From the NCBI GenBank assembly GCA_002329645.1, contig DCTS01000099.1, positions 600 through 51,687 on the forward strand: a DNA stretch of 51,088 bases, given 5' to 3'. The notes under the pieces were generated by a model, which did not search any database, had not been told where the DNA came from, and worked only from the letters and a program-made list of their open reading frames with translations. Shown in pieces: positions 27,511 through 37,065 of the stretch. Position 1 is the stretch's first letter; each line of letters opens with the position of its first letter. The stretch is from Lachnoclostridium sp. UBA1434 (GTDB lineage Bacteria; Bacillota; Clostridia; Lachnospirales; Lachnospiraceae). The translations under genes were made by a program, and so were the position numbers.

Positions 27511-28920
27511 TCAATGAATTATTTCACATATCATGATATCCTCATGCAGCTTCTCTTTTACCCTTGCATTAATGAGCCTGTTGGTCAGGTCCGTCTCGCT
27601 TTGTACTGCAAGCTTTACATATCTTTCATTATGTCCGAGCTGGTAATATACGTTATCCAGCTTATACTCCTCTTCAACAAGGATTTTCTCTATTCTGCCC
27701 ATAAAAAGCTCCCTGTATTCCGAAGCTGCCCTGTTTGATAAATTTATCAGCCTTTCGCTGCGCTCATGCTTGACCTTCTCAGGTATCTGGCCCGGCATCG
27801 CTGCCGCCCTGGTACCCTCCCTCCTGGAATACTTAAATACATGAGTTCTGGCAAACCCTACTTTTTCTGCAAAACTGACGGTTTCTTCGAATTCCTTATC
27901 CGTTTCACCCGGGAATCCCACTATAATATCTGTTGTTATGGAAGGATTCTCATAAAACTTGCGCAGCATAAGTACCTTGTCATAGTATTCCTTGGATGTG
28001 TACTGCCTGTTCATCCTGGCAAGCACTGTATCGGATCCGCTTTGCAGGGACAGATGAAAGTGAGGGCAAAACTGCCTTACTCCTGATATGGCCCGGATAA
28101 AATCCTCTGTTATAATCCCTGGCTCAAGGGAACCGGTACGTATCCTCTCAACGCCGGGAATTGCGCCAATTTTATCAATTAATGCTGCCAAAGGGTTATG
28201 TATTCCTGTTTGACCGGCATCATCCCTTTTCTCCATGCCATAGGATGAAATATGGATGCCTGTAAGCACGAATTCCTTATAACCGTTATCGGCAAGCTTC
28301 TTAATCTCAGCCAGGATGTCTGCCTCGTCGCGGCTTCTGATTCTGCCCCTTACATAAGGTATTATACAATATGAGCAGAAACGGTTGCACCCATCCTGAA
28401 TCTTTATAAAAGCCCTTGTCCGCTCCATGACGGATGATACGTTCATGTCCTCATAAAGCCTCTGGGAACTGACATCCGAGACGGCAACCCTGCTTCCGGT
28501 TTCCGTATTTCTTCCGGTTTCCCCAGCATTTTCGGCATCCCTGTCGCTTCCGGCTTTAAGGCACTGCTCCACTAGCTCCAGAAGCTCTGTCTTCTTATTA
28601 TTGCCGACTACAATGTCAACCGAGCCGTCTTCTAAAAGCTTATCCTTTGCCGCCTGTACATAACAGCCGACAGCGGCTATAATTGCATTTTCATTTTGTT
28701 TTCTTGCCTTGTGCAGCATTTGCCGGGATTTCCTGTCCGCTATATTTGTTACCGTGCAGGTATTGACCACATAAACATCTGCTGCATCCTTGAAGTCAAC
28801 TATTTTATAACCCGCATTCTCAAACATCGAACGGATTGCTTCGGTTTCATAAGAGTTGACCTTGCAGCCGAGGCTTATAAATGCCGCTGTTTTATCCATT
28901 AACATAATTTCCCTTTCCAT
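27511..28920 (-). CDS. mtaB: tRNA threonylcarbamoyladenosine methylthiotransferase
   Basis: LGCKVNSYE, NTCTVT, IQDGCNRFCSYC radical SAM motif, HLSLQSGSD, HVFKYSRREGT; true start may be ATG 28905. Confidence 0.93.
   Translation of the reverse strand: MEREIMLMDKTAAFISLGCKVNSYETEAIRSMFENAGYKIVDFKDAADVYVVNTCTVTNIADRKSRQMLHKARKQNENAIIAAVGCYVQAAKDKLLEDGSVDIVVGNNKKTELLELVEQCLKAGSDRDAENAGETGRNTETGSRVAVSDVSSQRLYEDMNVSSVMERTRAFIKIQDGCNRFCSYCIIPYVRGRIRSRDEADILAEIKKLADNGYKEFVLTGIHISSYGMEKRDDAGQTGIHNPLAALIDKIGAIPGVERIRTGSLEPGIITEDFIRAISGVRQFCPHFHLSLQSGSDTVLARMNRQYTSKEYYDKVLMLRKFYENPSITTDIIVGFPGETDKEFEETVSFAEKVGFARTHVFKYSRREGTRAAAMPGQIPEKVKHERSERLINLSNRAASEYRELFMGRIEKILVEEEYKLDNVYYQLGHNERYVKLAVQSETDLTNRLINARVKEKLHEDIMICEIIH
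28493..28558. repeat. In-frame 18-bp periodic repeat x4 in mtaB
   Basis: CTTCCGGTTTCC at 28493 and 28511, TTTTCGGCATCC at 28529, CTTCCGGCTTTA at 28547. Confidence 0.75.
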
Positions 28921-29160
28921 ATCCGCTTATACATACATCTCATATACAACTTCTCCTCACAATTTTATTGAATATGATATTCCGGACAATTGCATATTCG
29001 ATAAAATTTATCCGCAAGGACAAACACTCGCCCTCTATAAAGACTGTCAGAATATTGTGAACTCCATTCTCAAAGCACATTCATGTGCTTTATGTGCTTT
29101 AGCTGCCCGCATTCGGCGCCGGAGTTTCGCAAGCAATCTCTTTTTTGTATACTTTGCATA

Positions 29161-29189
29161 TTGACTTTTAAATTGCTAAAATATAGTAT
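29161..29189 (+). promoter_or_regulatory. Putative sigma-A promoter of the HPr-like gene
   Basis: TTGACT-17 bp-TAGTAT. Confidence 0.55.
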
Positions 29190-29223
29190 ATACATATACT
29201 TAGTGAAGGAGGATGATGTTGCT

Positions 29224-29457
29224 ATGAAATCTGTTAAAATATCGTTAAACTCAATTGACAAGGTAAAGGCTTTTGTAAATGATGTAACCAAATTTGATTC
29301 CGAATTCGATCTGGTCTCCGGAAGATACGTTATAGATGCTAAATCAATTATGGGTATCTTTAGTCTGGATTTATCCAAGGTGATTGATTTAAATATCCAC
29401 GACGATAAGAATTTGGATTATATTCTTGATGTATTAAAGCCTTATATTGTCGAATAA
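29224..29457 (+). CDS. HPr family protein lacking His15
   Basis: 77 aa, IDAKSIMGIFSL (Ser46 motif), no HARPA motif; AAGGAGG RBS. Confidence 0.9.
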   Translation: MKSVKISLNSIDKVKAFVNDVTKFDSEFDLVSGRYVIDAKSIMGIFSLDLSKVIDLNIHDDKNLDYILDVLKPYIVE

Positions 29458-29479
29458 GGACTTGATTTTAAGCTTGAGT

Positions 29480-29521
29480 GAGTTGCCGGGCAATAAATAT
29501 GCCTGTGCAACTCCTTTTTTT
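29480..29521 (+). terminator. Intrinsic terminator between the convergent HPr-like and thiI genes
   Basis: GAGTTGC-CGGGCA...TGCCTG-t-GCAACTC followed by a T run. Confidence 0.85.
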
Positions 29522-29528
29522 GTTCGCT

Positions 29529-30704
29529 TTAGCCAATATCTATGACTTCCGAGGTTCTGATTGCTTCCTCTACCATCTCATCAATCCTGTCGGCAAGCTT
29601 TTTCTCGGATTTACGGATAATCCTGATATCCGGCCTTATAACCGGATGCCTTGCCACAAATATTGTGCAGCAATCCTCATAGGGCTGTATCGAGGTTTCA
29701 AAGGTTTTAATCCTTTCGGCAATCTCCACTATATCCTTCTTGTCAAATGCTATAAGCGGCCTGTATACCGGCATTGTACATACCTCGTTAGTTGCCGCAA
29801 GGCTGTGCATGGTCTGGCTTGCCACCTGCCCTATGCTTTCACCCGTAACCAGTCCCAGGCATCCTTCCTTTTCTGCAAGCCTTTCAGCTATCCTCATCAT
29901 ATATCTTCTCATTATAATGGTCAGCTCCTCATGGGGGCATTTATCATAGATGTATAGCTGAATATCCGTGAAATTTACAATAAAAAGCTTCATAGGCCCC
30001 GCATATCTTGATATCTGTGAGGCAAGATCTATTACCTTTTGCTTTGCCCTCTCGCTTGTGTAAGGCGGTGCATGGAAGTATACTGCCTCCATGGATACTC
30101 CTCTTTTGGATATCATATATCCTGCCACCGGACTGTCTATTCCACCCGACAATAAAAGCATGGCCTTGCCGTTGGTCCCCACAGGCATTCCGCCCAGTCC
30201 GGGAATATTAACTGAATATACATAAGCCCTTGTACGAACCTCTACCGTAATCCTCACATCCGGGTTATGCACATCCACCTTAAGCTCGGGAAAACGCCTT
30301 AACAGGCAGGCACCCATTTTAGCACATATATCCGGGGATGTGAGAGGGTACTGTTTATCAGCCCTCTTTGCTTCTACCTTAAAGGTAAAATGCCTGTCCG
30401 GATACATGGCTTCAACGTAATCACCCACGCCCTTTTCAAGGCTGTCCCAATCCGTACCGTCTATTACAACCACCGGGCATATGGAGGAGATGCCAAATAC
30501 ACATTTCAGGGCTTCAACCGTCTCTTCATAATCATAACCCTCGGGACACTCTACGAATATTCTTCCCTGCTCCTTGCTGACGCTAAAGGCACCCAGAACC
30601 TTAAGGGCATCCTTTACCCTGTCACGCAATGCATTCTCAAACAAATATCGGTTGTTTCCCTTAAGACCAATCTCTGCATATTTTATTAAAAAAGCTCTAA
30701 ACAT
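29529..30704 (-). CDS. thiI: tRNA 4-thiouridine synthase
   Basis: YAEIGLKGNNR, THUMP domain, LLSGGIDSPVA PP-loop, TGESIGQVASQT, PYEDCC. Confidence 0.97.
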   Translation of the reverse strand: MFRAFLIKYAEIGLKGNNRYLFENALRDRVKDALKVLGAFSVSKEQGRIFVECPEGYDYEETVEALKCVFGISSICPVVVIDGTDWDSLEKGVGDYVEAMYPDRHFTFKVEAKRADKQYPLTSPDICAKMGACLLRRFPELKVDVHNPDVRITVEVRTRAYVYSVNIPGLGGMPVGTNGKAMLLLSGGIDSPVAGYMISKRGVSMEAVYFHAPPYTSERAKQKVIDLASQISRYAGPMKLFIVNFTDIQLYIYDKCPHEELTIIMRRYMMRIAERLAEKEGCLGLVTGESIGQVASQTMHSLAATNEVCTMPVYRPLIAFDKKDIVEIAERIKTFETSIQPYEDCCTIFVARHPVIRPDIRIIRKSEKKLADRIDEMVEEAIRTSEVIDIG

Positions 30705-30848
30705 TAATTATCCTCCCGAATTCTTTTGTGTGCCTGTATTATATCGTCATCTTTAGCCGGCAGCTATACAGCAGTATACCGGTTATCTATACATTCATAT
30801 ATTATATTGTCATAATGCCGGTATGCGATATGCCGGCAAGCCATAATG

Positions 30849-32045
30849 CTATTTCCTGGTATATCTCTTTAACACCGGGTACAGATTACTTATCTGCTCC
30901 AGAGCATATTCAATCTCTTTCTCAGTGGTACGGTCCGATAAGGATATCCTGAGGGTTGAATCCATTTTTTCCTTGCTTAAGCCCATGGCTGTAAGTGTGG
31001 CGCTTGGCTCGGAATGGTGAGAGCTGCAGGCTGAGCCTGAAGAAACATATACTCCCTTGTCCTCCAGGGCGTGAAGGAATACCTCGCTTTTTACCCCGTC
31101 GAAGGTCAGGCTTATAATATGAGGAGCAGTTTTCTTGACAAGCTCCATGCTATATCCTCCGTCCCTTGCACCATAATCCCCGGGCAAACCGTTAGCCGTA
31201 ACTCCGTCAACGCCCGCCAGCCCGTTAAGCATCATTAACTTTAATTTATACATCCTCGAGATTTTTTCTTCAAAATCAGTATATAATTCCTTGACAGCCT
31301 GTCCAAGTCCTGCTATTGCAGGAACATTCTCGGTTCCGGAGCGGAAGCCCCTCTGATGACCTCCTCCGAACATAATCGGATTAACCTTGACCCTGTCGGC
31401 AATGTAAAGTGCGCCGCTGCCCTTGGGTGCATGTATCTTGTGTCCGCTTAAGGTCAGAAGGTCAATACCGTCACGCTTCGGGTATATGCGGTATTTTCCG
31501 AAGGCCTGTACTGCATCGGTATGAATGATAATGTCACTGTATCTTTCCTTGATCCGGCTTGATATTTCTGCGATATCCTGTACCGAGCCAACCTCGTTGT
31601 TTACATACATGATGGATACAAGGATCGTTTCCTCCCTTATCAGATTATACAGCTCTTCTTTCTTCAGCCTTCCAGCACCGTCCACAGGTGCAAGACTTAT
31701 GTCAAAGCCGTTATCCTTAAGGTGCATAAGCGGTTCATGCACCGAAGGATGCTCAATTGCAGTGGATATAATATGCCTGCCCCTGCGCCTGTTGGCATAT
31801 GCGGCTCCCATAATCGCAAGATTATTGGATTCCGTGCCTCCTGAGGTGAATACTATCTCCCGGGGCTCAACCTTTAGGCTGCCTGCCAGGGCTAGTGCCG
31901 CTTCCTTAATGTATGCTTCCGCAGCTACACCCAAACGGTGAAGCGAGGAAGGATTGCCGTAATCCTCATACAAGGCCTTTATTACCTTGTCCCTGACACT
32001 CTCCGTAATACTGGTTGTAGCCGAGTTATCCAAATATGCTTCCAT
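30849..32045 (-). CDS. Cysteine desulfurase (IscS/NifS family; NifZ-like partner of ThiI)
   Basis: YLDNSATT, FTSGGTESNN, SGHKIHAPKG, RSGTENV, SSGSACSS; adjacent to thiI. Confidence 0.95.
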   Translation of the reverse strand: MEAYLDNSATTSITESVRDKVIKALYEDYGNPSSLHRLGVAAEAYIKEAALALAGSLKVEPREIVFTSGGTESNNLAIMGAAYANRRRGRHIISTAIEHPSVHEPLMHLKDNGFDISLAPVDGAGRLKKEELYNLIREETILVSIMYVNNEVGSVQDIAEISSRIKERYSDIIIHTDAVQAFGKYRIYPKRDGIDLLTLSGHKIHAPKGSGALYIADRVKVNPIMFGGGHQRGFRSGTENVPAIAGLGQAVKELYTDFEEKISRMYKLKLMMLNGLAGVDGVTANGLPGDYGARDGGYSMELVKKTAPHIISLTFDGVKSEVFLHALEDKGVYVSSGSACSSHHSEPSATLTAMGLSKEKMDSTLRISLSDRTTEKEIEYALEQISNLYPVLKRYTRK

Positions 32046-32188
32046 TTCTTAAGCTCCTCAAACTTATGAATTCATCCATATATTTTGCACAGACACATAT
32101 TTTTATTCCGGAGCTTCCCGGTATATGCTTTAATTAGCTGGAACACCGGAATAAGTGTCCGGTTCACCAAGTCTTATGGATACATGCT

Positions 32189-33094
32189 TTAGCTTTGGTG
32201 TTCTATGTACTCGTAATCCTTTCTGACGGGTTCCAGCAGCCTGAGCAAATAATATGGATTAACGCTTATTTCACCAAGGGCTCCCTTTACATATATGCCA
32301 AGATGCAGATGAACGTCAAACTTTCCTGTGGTGCCTTCGGCTCCATATCCCGAATCGCCCATATATCCAATAAGTTGTCCTGCATGCACCTTGTCGCCCG
32401 GTTCTAATCCGGGTGCGTAGGAATCAAGATGAGCATAATAAAAGTATCCTCCTGCCTGCGAACGGATTCCGATGCGGTTGCCGCCCTTTTCCAGCCAGCC
32501 GATATTCTCCAGAATGCCGTCCGTAATGCTTATTACCGGGAAGTACCCTCTTAAATTATTGGATGCCATCAGATCAGTACCCTCATGCCTTCTTCTTCCG
32601 CCATAGCTTCTCATGACATACCAGGTATCTGCATATGATATATCGGCATCCCCTTCCACAAAGGGAACAGGAAAGCATGTAAGCCCTGTCAGCACCTGCC
32701 CGTAATAGTCATAAAGCTCTCTGAAGCATTTCATCTCGGCTATTTCGGCGACTCCCTTGACAAATGTAATTCCGTCCGGAATTCTTCCTTTTATCAGATC
32801 GTAATCATTTGCCATCATTGAAAAAGTCAGATATCCGATTGTGTCTATATATACGCAGCTTTTTAACTCAGGATTCTTATTAATCAGCCGGTTTAGCTTT
32901 TTCTCTATAGTATCAAGGGCATCTCTGTCAAGATACATCATACGGAAGGCATCATAATCTATACCGTCCTGCCTGATATCCATAATAAGAAGCCTTGTCC
33001 TCAGCATTTTCAGGCAATACCCCGTAACCGACAAAGCTGTCGCAAATAAAAGTACGTATAAGAAAATACCTGTTTTGAAAACCGGCCTTACCAT
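32189..33094 (-). CDS. M23 family metallopeptidase (LytH/YunA-like, probably sporulation-related)
   Basis: RSYGGRRRHEGTD (HxxxD), YYAHL, HLH; N-terminal TM. Confidence 0.88.
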   Translation of the reverse strand: MVRPVFKTGIFLYVLLFATALSVTGYCLKMLRTRLLIMDIRQDGIDYDAFRMMYLDRDALDTIEKKLNRLINKNPELKSCVYIDTIGYLTFSMMANDYDLIKGRIPDGITFVKGVAEIAEMKCFRELYDYYGQVLTGLTCFPVPFVEGDADISYADTWYVMRSYGGRRRHEGTDLMASNNLRGYFPVISITDGILENIGWLEKGGNRIGIRSQAGGYFYYAHLDSYAPGLEPGDKVHAGQLIGYMGDSGYGAEGTTGKFDVHLHLGIYVKGALGEISVNPYYLLRLLEPVRKDYEYIEHQS

Positions 33095-33123
33095 CTTACC
33101 ACCTATATCGAATTGACATAGGT

Positions 33124-33152
33124 ATTATATGATAATCCTGACGACCTTATAA
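33124..33152 (-). promoter_or_regulatory. Possible SigE-type promoter of the M23 gene
   Basis: ttATAa-15 bp-CATATAAT resembles the B. subtilis SigE consensus. Confidence 0.4.
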
Positions 33153-33180
33153 CCTGTGACAGGAAATCATGGACAAAATC

Positions 33181-33220
33181 AAGCGCATGGAGGCTGGTTG
33201 GCAATGGCATCCATGCACTT
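33181..33220 (-). terminator. Stem-loop downstream of the LCP gene
   Basis: AAGCGCATGGA...TCCATGCACTT inverted repeat, followed by gatttt on the minus strand. Confidence 0.55.
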
Positions 33221-33301
33221 GCTCATATATCTATACAAAGCCGGCATCTTAAGCTCATTATTACATAGTTGTCCTCTTAATGTCCATTCAGCGTGCTTGA
33301 T

Positions 33302-35245
33302 TTATCCTTTGTAATCCCCGAATATGAACTCATGGAGCAGTTTATTATTCTTGTTCAGATCAGGTATAAGCACATCCAGTCCTCTTACCTTGACATTTTC
33401 CCTGAATGCTCCGTTAGCAGGGATTCTTAACTGCTCGATATTATCGGCTCCTGTTTCTATGAATGCATCAAGCAAATATTCAAAATTCTTATCGGTTATG
33501 TCCGTTTCAAGGAGCGGAAGCATGGAGAACATAATGGATAACAGCTCAAGCTTGCTCTTTGATTTATATTTTTCAAATATGGCGTCCAGCACAATCCTGT
33601 GCCTGTCGGTTCTTCCGAAGTCGTTGTTGTTGCCTGTTATAGCGGCTCTCTTTCTTATCCTGGTATATCCAAGCACCTGGTTGCCGTTCATATGCTGCTT
33701 TCCTTCAACTACATTCCTGTACTGCTTCTTGGATATATAATTGGTATTATTCAGATATTTTGCCTCGGAAGCAGTAAGTGTTATATCCAGCCCGCCCATC
33801 TTGTCTATTATCTTCTCAAAGTTTTCGAAACCAACCAGAACGCAGCCATTAATTTTTATGTTGAAATTCAGGGCTATGGTTTTATATAGAAGGTCAAGGC
33901 CGCCTATTTCATATACAGCGTTGATCCTGTTTTCCTGGTGATCCGGTATTCTAACAAGCATATCCCTCATTAATGAGGTAAGCTTTACTGATTTTTCCTT
34001 CGTATTCAAGGTGGCTATGATTATTAGATCGGTTCTTCCCGGAGCGCCTCCTGATTTTATATTCTCTTCACCCAGAAGGAGGATATTATATACATAATCC
34101 TCTTGTCTTCCCTCCGGGATACCCTCCTCAGTATGTTCAGGCCATTCTATTGTCTCGGGATCGATCTCAACAGCATCTGATTCCAAATCCTCTTCACTGG
34201 GTTCAAATACATCATTATCATTTATCACAGGAGTCTTGTCAATATCCTTCGTATATGTATCCCAGATCTTTCCGCCTATACTTAATCCCATACCACGGAG
34301 CAGCTTATGTCCGGGACTTGTAAGTCCCAGGAAGCATACAATCACAGCCAGACTTCCTAATGCTATCAGCAATCCGATAATAACCTTCCGGGATTTATGC
34401 TTCTTCTTGTCCTCCGTTCCGCTTTCATCCTTTGCCGTTCCAAGCTCTTCGCTGATTTGCTTTGCAAGCATTTCATTGATGTCTGCCAGAACCTCGTCAA
34501 CCTCGCCTTCCGTATCGGTCGCTTCTTCTCCGGCCTCAGGCTCTGACAATTCTGCGTCGTCAACAGTCGATTCACCGGAAGCCTGTTCACCTTCATCGGC
34601 CGGCTCATCTGTCATATCTTCACCGATTTGCCCGTCTGATATATCCTCATCGGCTTGTTCGTCTGTCATATCCTCTCCGGCTGGCTCGTATGTCATATCT
34701 TTATCGGCTTGACTGTCTGCCATATCCTCACCGGCTTGTTCATCCGTCATATCCTCATCGGCTGGCTCGTCTGTCATATCCTCACCGACCGGCTCGTCTG
34801 TCATATCTTCATCGGTTGGCCTGTCTGCCATATTCTCTCCGGTTTGTTCATCCGTTATATCCTCACCGATTTGCCCGTCTGTCATATCCTCACCGCCTTG
34901 CCAGTCTGTATATGCATCATCGGCTTGCTCATAGGATATCGTATAATCATCGGCCATCAGGTCCGGCATATCTTTACCTTCTCCTGCGGCTGATTGCTCC
35001 AGGGTCTGCATATCCAGGCAGATTTCATCGTAAGCATCGCCCGCAGCTTCCTCCTCCGGGGCTTCATTGCCTGTACTATTATTGTTATTCAATTCACCCG
35101 AGGAATCTTCCCCCATACTTTCTGTAATATCGATTTTCAGCGGACTGCCGATATCCAGATCGGCATCGCTTAGCACCTTCTCGATGTTTTTGTTGAAATT
35201 TTCACTAAACTCCGGATCGAGTTCAAAATTATCATCTCGGTTCAT
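33302..35245 (-). CDS. LCP (LytR-CpsA-Psr) family glycopolymer transferase with long acidic cytoplasmic N-terminus
   Basis: NILLLGEE, GRTDLIII, SLMRDML, MNGNQVLGYTRIR, NDFGRTDRHR; TM near aa 290-308. Confidence 0.93.
   Translation of the reverse strand: MNRDDNFELDPEFSENFNKNIEKVLSDADLDIGSPLKIDITESMGEDSSGELNNNNSTGNEAPEEEAAGDAYDEICLDMQTLEQSAAGEGKDMPDLMADDYTISYEQADDAYTDWQGGEDMTDGQIGEDITDEQTGENMADRPTDEDMTDEPVGEDMTDEPADEDMTDEQAGEDMADSQADKDMTYEPAGEDMTDEQADEDISDGQIGEDMTDEPADEGEQASGESTVDDAELSEPEAGEEATDTEGEVDEVLADINEMLAKQISEELGTAKDESGTEDKKKHKSRKVIIGLLIALGSLAVIVCFLGLTSPGHKLLRGMGLSIGGKIWDTYTKDIDKTPVINDNDVFEPSEEDLESDAVEIDPETIEWPEHTEEGIPEGRQEDYVYNILLLGEENIKSGGAPGRTDLIIIATLNTKEKSVKLTSLMRDMLVRIPDHQENRINAVYEIGGLDLLYKTIALNFNIKINGCVLVGFENFEKIIDKMGGLDITLTASEAKYLNNTNYISKKQYRNVVEGKQHMNGNQVLGYTRIRKRAAITGNNNDFGRTDRHRIVLDAIFEKYKSKSKLELLSIMFSMLPLLETDITDKNFEYLLDAFIETGADNIEQLRIPANGAFRENVKVRGLDVLIPDLNKNNKLLHEFIFGDYKG
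34598..34894. repeat. 27-bp tandem repeat x11 encoding (G/D)EDMTDE(P/Q)A
   Basis: aa 118-216 of the LCP protein; exact 27-bp periodicity. Confidence 0.97.
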
Positions 35246-35320
35246 AACCTGTCTCCCTGAGCATTTTATTAATTATAATTAGCATTATTATATGACGAAA
35301 GTTTGTCATATTAGTGTCTT

Positions 35321-36823
35321 TTATCTTATTTTTTCCTTAACAATCTGTTCAAGGAATTTATAAACTCGAATTGTTGACGATATGCTGAGCCTTTCATCAA
35401 CCGTATGGACCCTTTCCATATCAGGCCCGATGGACACTATATCAATGCCGGGCAGCTTTTCGCTTAATATTCCGCATTCCAACCCGGCATGAATTGCCTC
35501 CACCTTCATATCCTTCTGATACATGCTTTTATATATCCTCTGCAGATGTTCCCTGAGCCTGGAATCCTTCATATATTCCCAGGCCGGATAATCAGAATTA
35601 ACCTTATATTCGCCGCCTAAAAAGCTTATAAGATATTCCAGCTTGCTGCCCATGAAATATTTATAGCTGCCATATGAGCTTCTGACCGAATCAGTAAATT
35701 CAGCCTTCTCCTCACCTACATTGAATATACCAACATTGAGGGAACTCTCCACAAGTCCTTCAATATCGGAGCTCATAACCTGTACGCCGTCCGGCATATT
35801 CAGCAGCATGAACAGCACCTTTTCAAAGGATACATGATGCAACGGCCTGCACTCAGCCTCTCCCTTATCAATAACCTCAAAATTCAATTCCGGTTCGCTT
35901 GTGGCAAGCTCCTTTTGGTATACCTTCATAAGCTGTGCTATCTTATCCTTTATAGCTTCATACCTTTGGCAAAGTGCTCCTTCAATATCACTGTTTTCTT
36001 CCTCAGTGTCCTTATCTGCGCCGATTAATATATCAGCCTCGGCTTCCCTTGGTATTACGTTATCCTTAAAGCCTCCCTGCATGGTTATTACTCCAAATTC
36101 ATAGCTCTCCCTCAGATCAAACAGGAGCCTGCCAAGCAGTCTGGATGCATTGGTCCTGTTCTTGTCAATATCCATGCCTGAATGTCCGCCCTTAAGACCT
36201 CCTATCTTAATCCTGACTATTTTGCCGTATCCGTCAACCCTGTTGACAGGAAGCGAACAGGTAGTCCTAAGTCCTCCCGCGCAGCTTACCAGCAGGTATC
36301 CTTCCTCCTCGGAGTCCAGGTTAATCATGTATTTACCCTTAAGCTTAGTGCAATCCAAAGCATGCGCACCATGCATACCAACCTCCTCATCGGCGGTAAT
36401 GATTGCTTCGATCCTTGGGTGCGGCAGCTCTTCATCGGACAGCATGGCCATGATATATGCAATTGCTATGCCGTTATCGGCTCCCAGAGTTGTTCCGTCT
36501 GCGTGTATATAATCCCCGTCAACCATAATCTTGATTCCGTCATTTAAGAAATCATGGGTTGATTCCTTGACCTTCTCACATACCATATCCATATGACCCT
36601 GAAGAATAATCGCAGGCTCATCCTCATAGCCTTCGGTTGCTTCCTTTATGATAATGACATTCATGGCCTCATCCTGTGTATACTCCAGGTTCTGTGACTT
36701 TGCAAATGCAGCCAGATAATCACTTATCTTTCTCTCATTGCCGGAGCCTCTCGGAATGGCGCTTATTTCGCTGAAGTATCTGAATATTCCCTTATAATCA
36801 ATCTGTTCCAAGCTTTTAATCAT
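35321..36823 (-). CDS. pepD: Aminoacyl-histidine dipeptidase (M20C)
   Basis: IPRGSGNE, LQGHMDMVCEK, TTLGADNG, DEEVG, GGHSG, IHAGLECG. Confidence 0.96.
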   Translation of the reverse strand: MIKSLEQIDYKGIFRYFSEISAIPRGSGNERKISDYLAAFAKSQNLEYTQDEAMNVIIIKEATEGYEDEPAIILQGHMDMVCEKVKESTHDFLNDGIKIMVDGDYIHADGTTLGADNGIAIAYIMAMLSDEELPHPRIEAIITADEEVGMHGAHALDCTKLKGKYMINLDSEEEGYLLVSCAGGLRTTCSLPVNRVDGYGKIVRIKIGGLKGGHSGMDIDKNRTNASRLLGRLLFDLRESYEFGVITMQGGFKDNVIPREAEADILIGADKDTEEENSDIEGALCQRYEAIKDKIAQLMKVYQKELATSEPELNFEVIDKGEAECRPLHHVSFEKVLFMLLNMPDGVQVMSSDIEGLVESSLNVGIFNVGEEKAEFTDSVRSSYGSYKYFMGSKLEYLISFLGGEYKVNSDYPAWEYMKDSRLREHLQRIYKSMYQKDMKVEAIHAGLECGILSEKLPGIDIVSIGPDMERVHTVDERLSISSTIRVYKFLEQIVKEKIR

Positions 36824-36865
36824 TTCAAATCATACCTTTCCAGTTGTGATTATTTATATGAAAAT

Positions 36866-37065
36866 GCAGCTTTCTTGAGGCTTTAGGTCGATACCGGTAT
36901 ACTCCTCTAACCTGCCGGTTCCGGAAGCTGCCGAAACAGTACTTCTTAAGTTCATCAGTTCTTGAAACTGCAGAACATTGCCGGTATACTTCTCAGGTTC
37001 GTCAGTTCTTAAAGCTGCCGAAAAAATGCCGGTATACTTCTTAAGTTCGTCAGTTCTTGAAGCTG
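36866..37065. repeat. 47-48-bp tandem array that duplicates the 3' end of the DUF711 gene
   Basis: Units start at 36940, 36987 and 37035 (TACTTCTTAAGTTCRTCAGTTCTTGAAGCTG...TGCCGGTA); decayed copies at 36866-36939. Confidence 0.92.

Noticed and set aside
29070..29378. 102-aa minus-strand ORF
   Set aside because: Overlaps the HPr-like gene antisense; no recognisable motif
36866..37065. Possible mini-CRISPR (about 32-bp repeat with 15-16-bp spacers)
   Set aside because: The intervening segments resemble each other and are too short, and the repeat is the end of a coding gene; it is a tandem duplication
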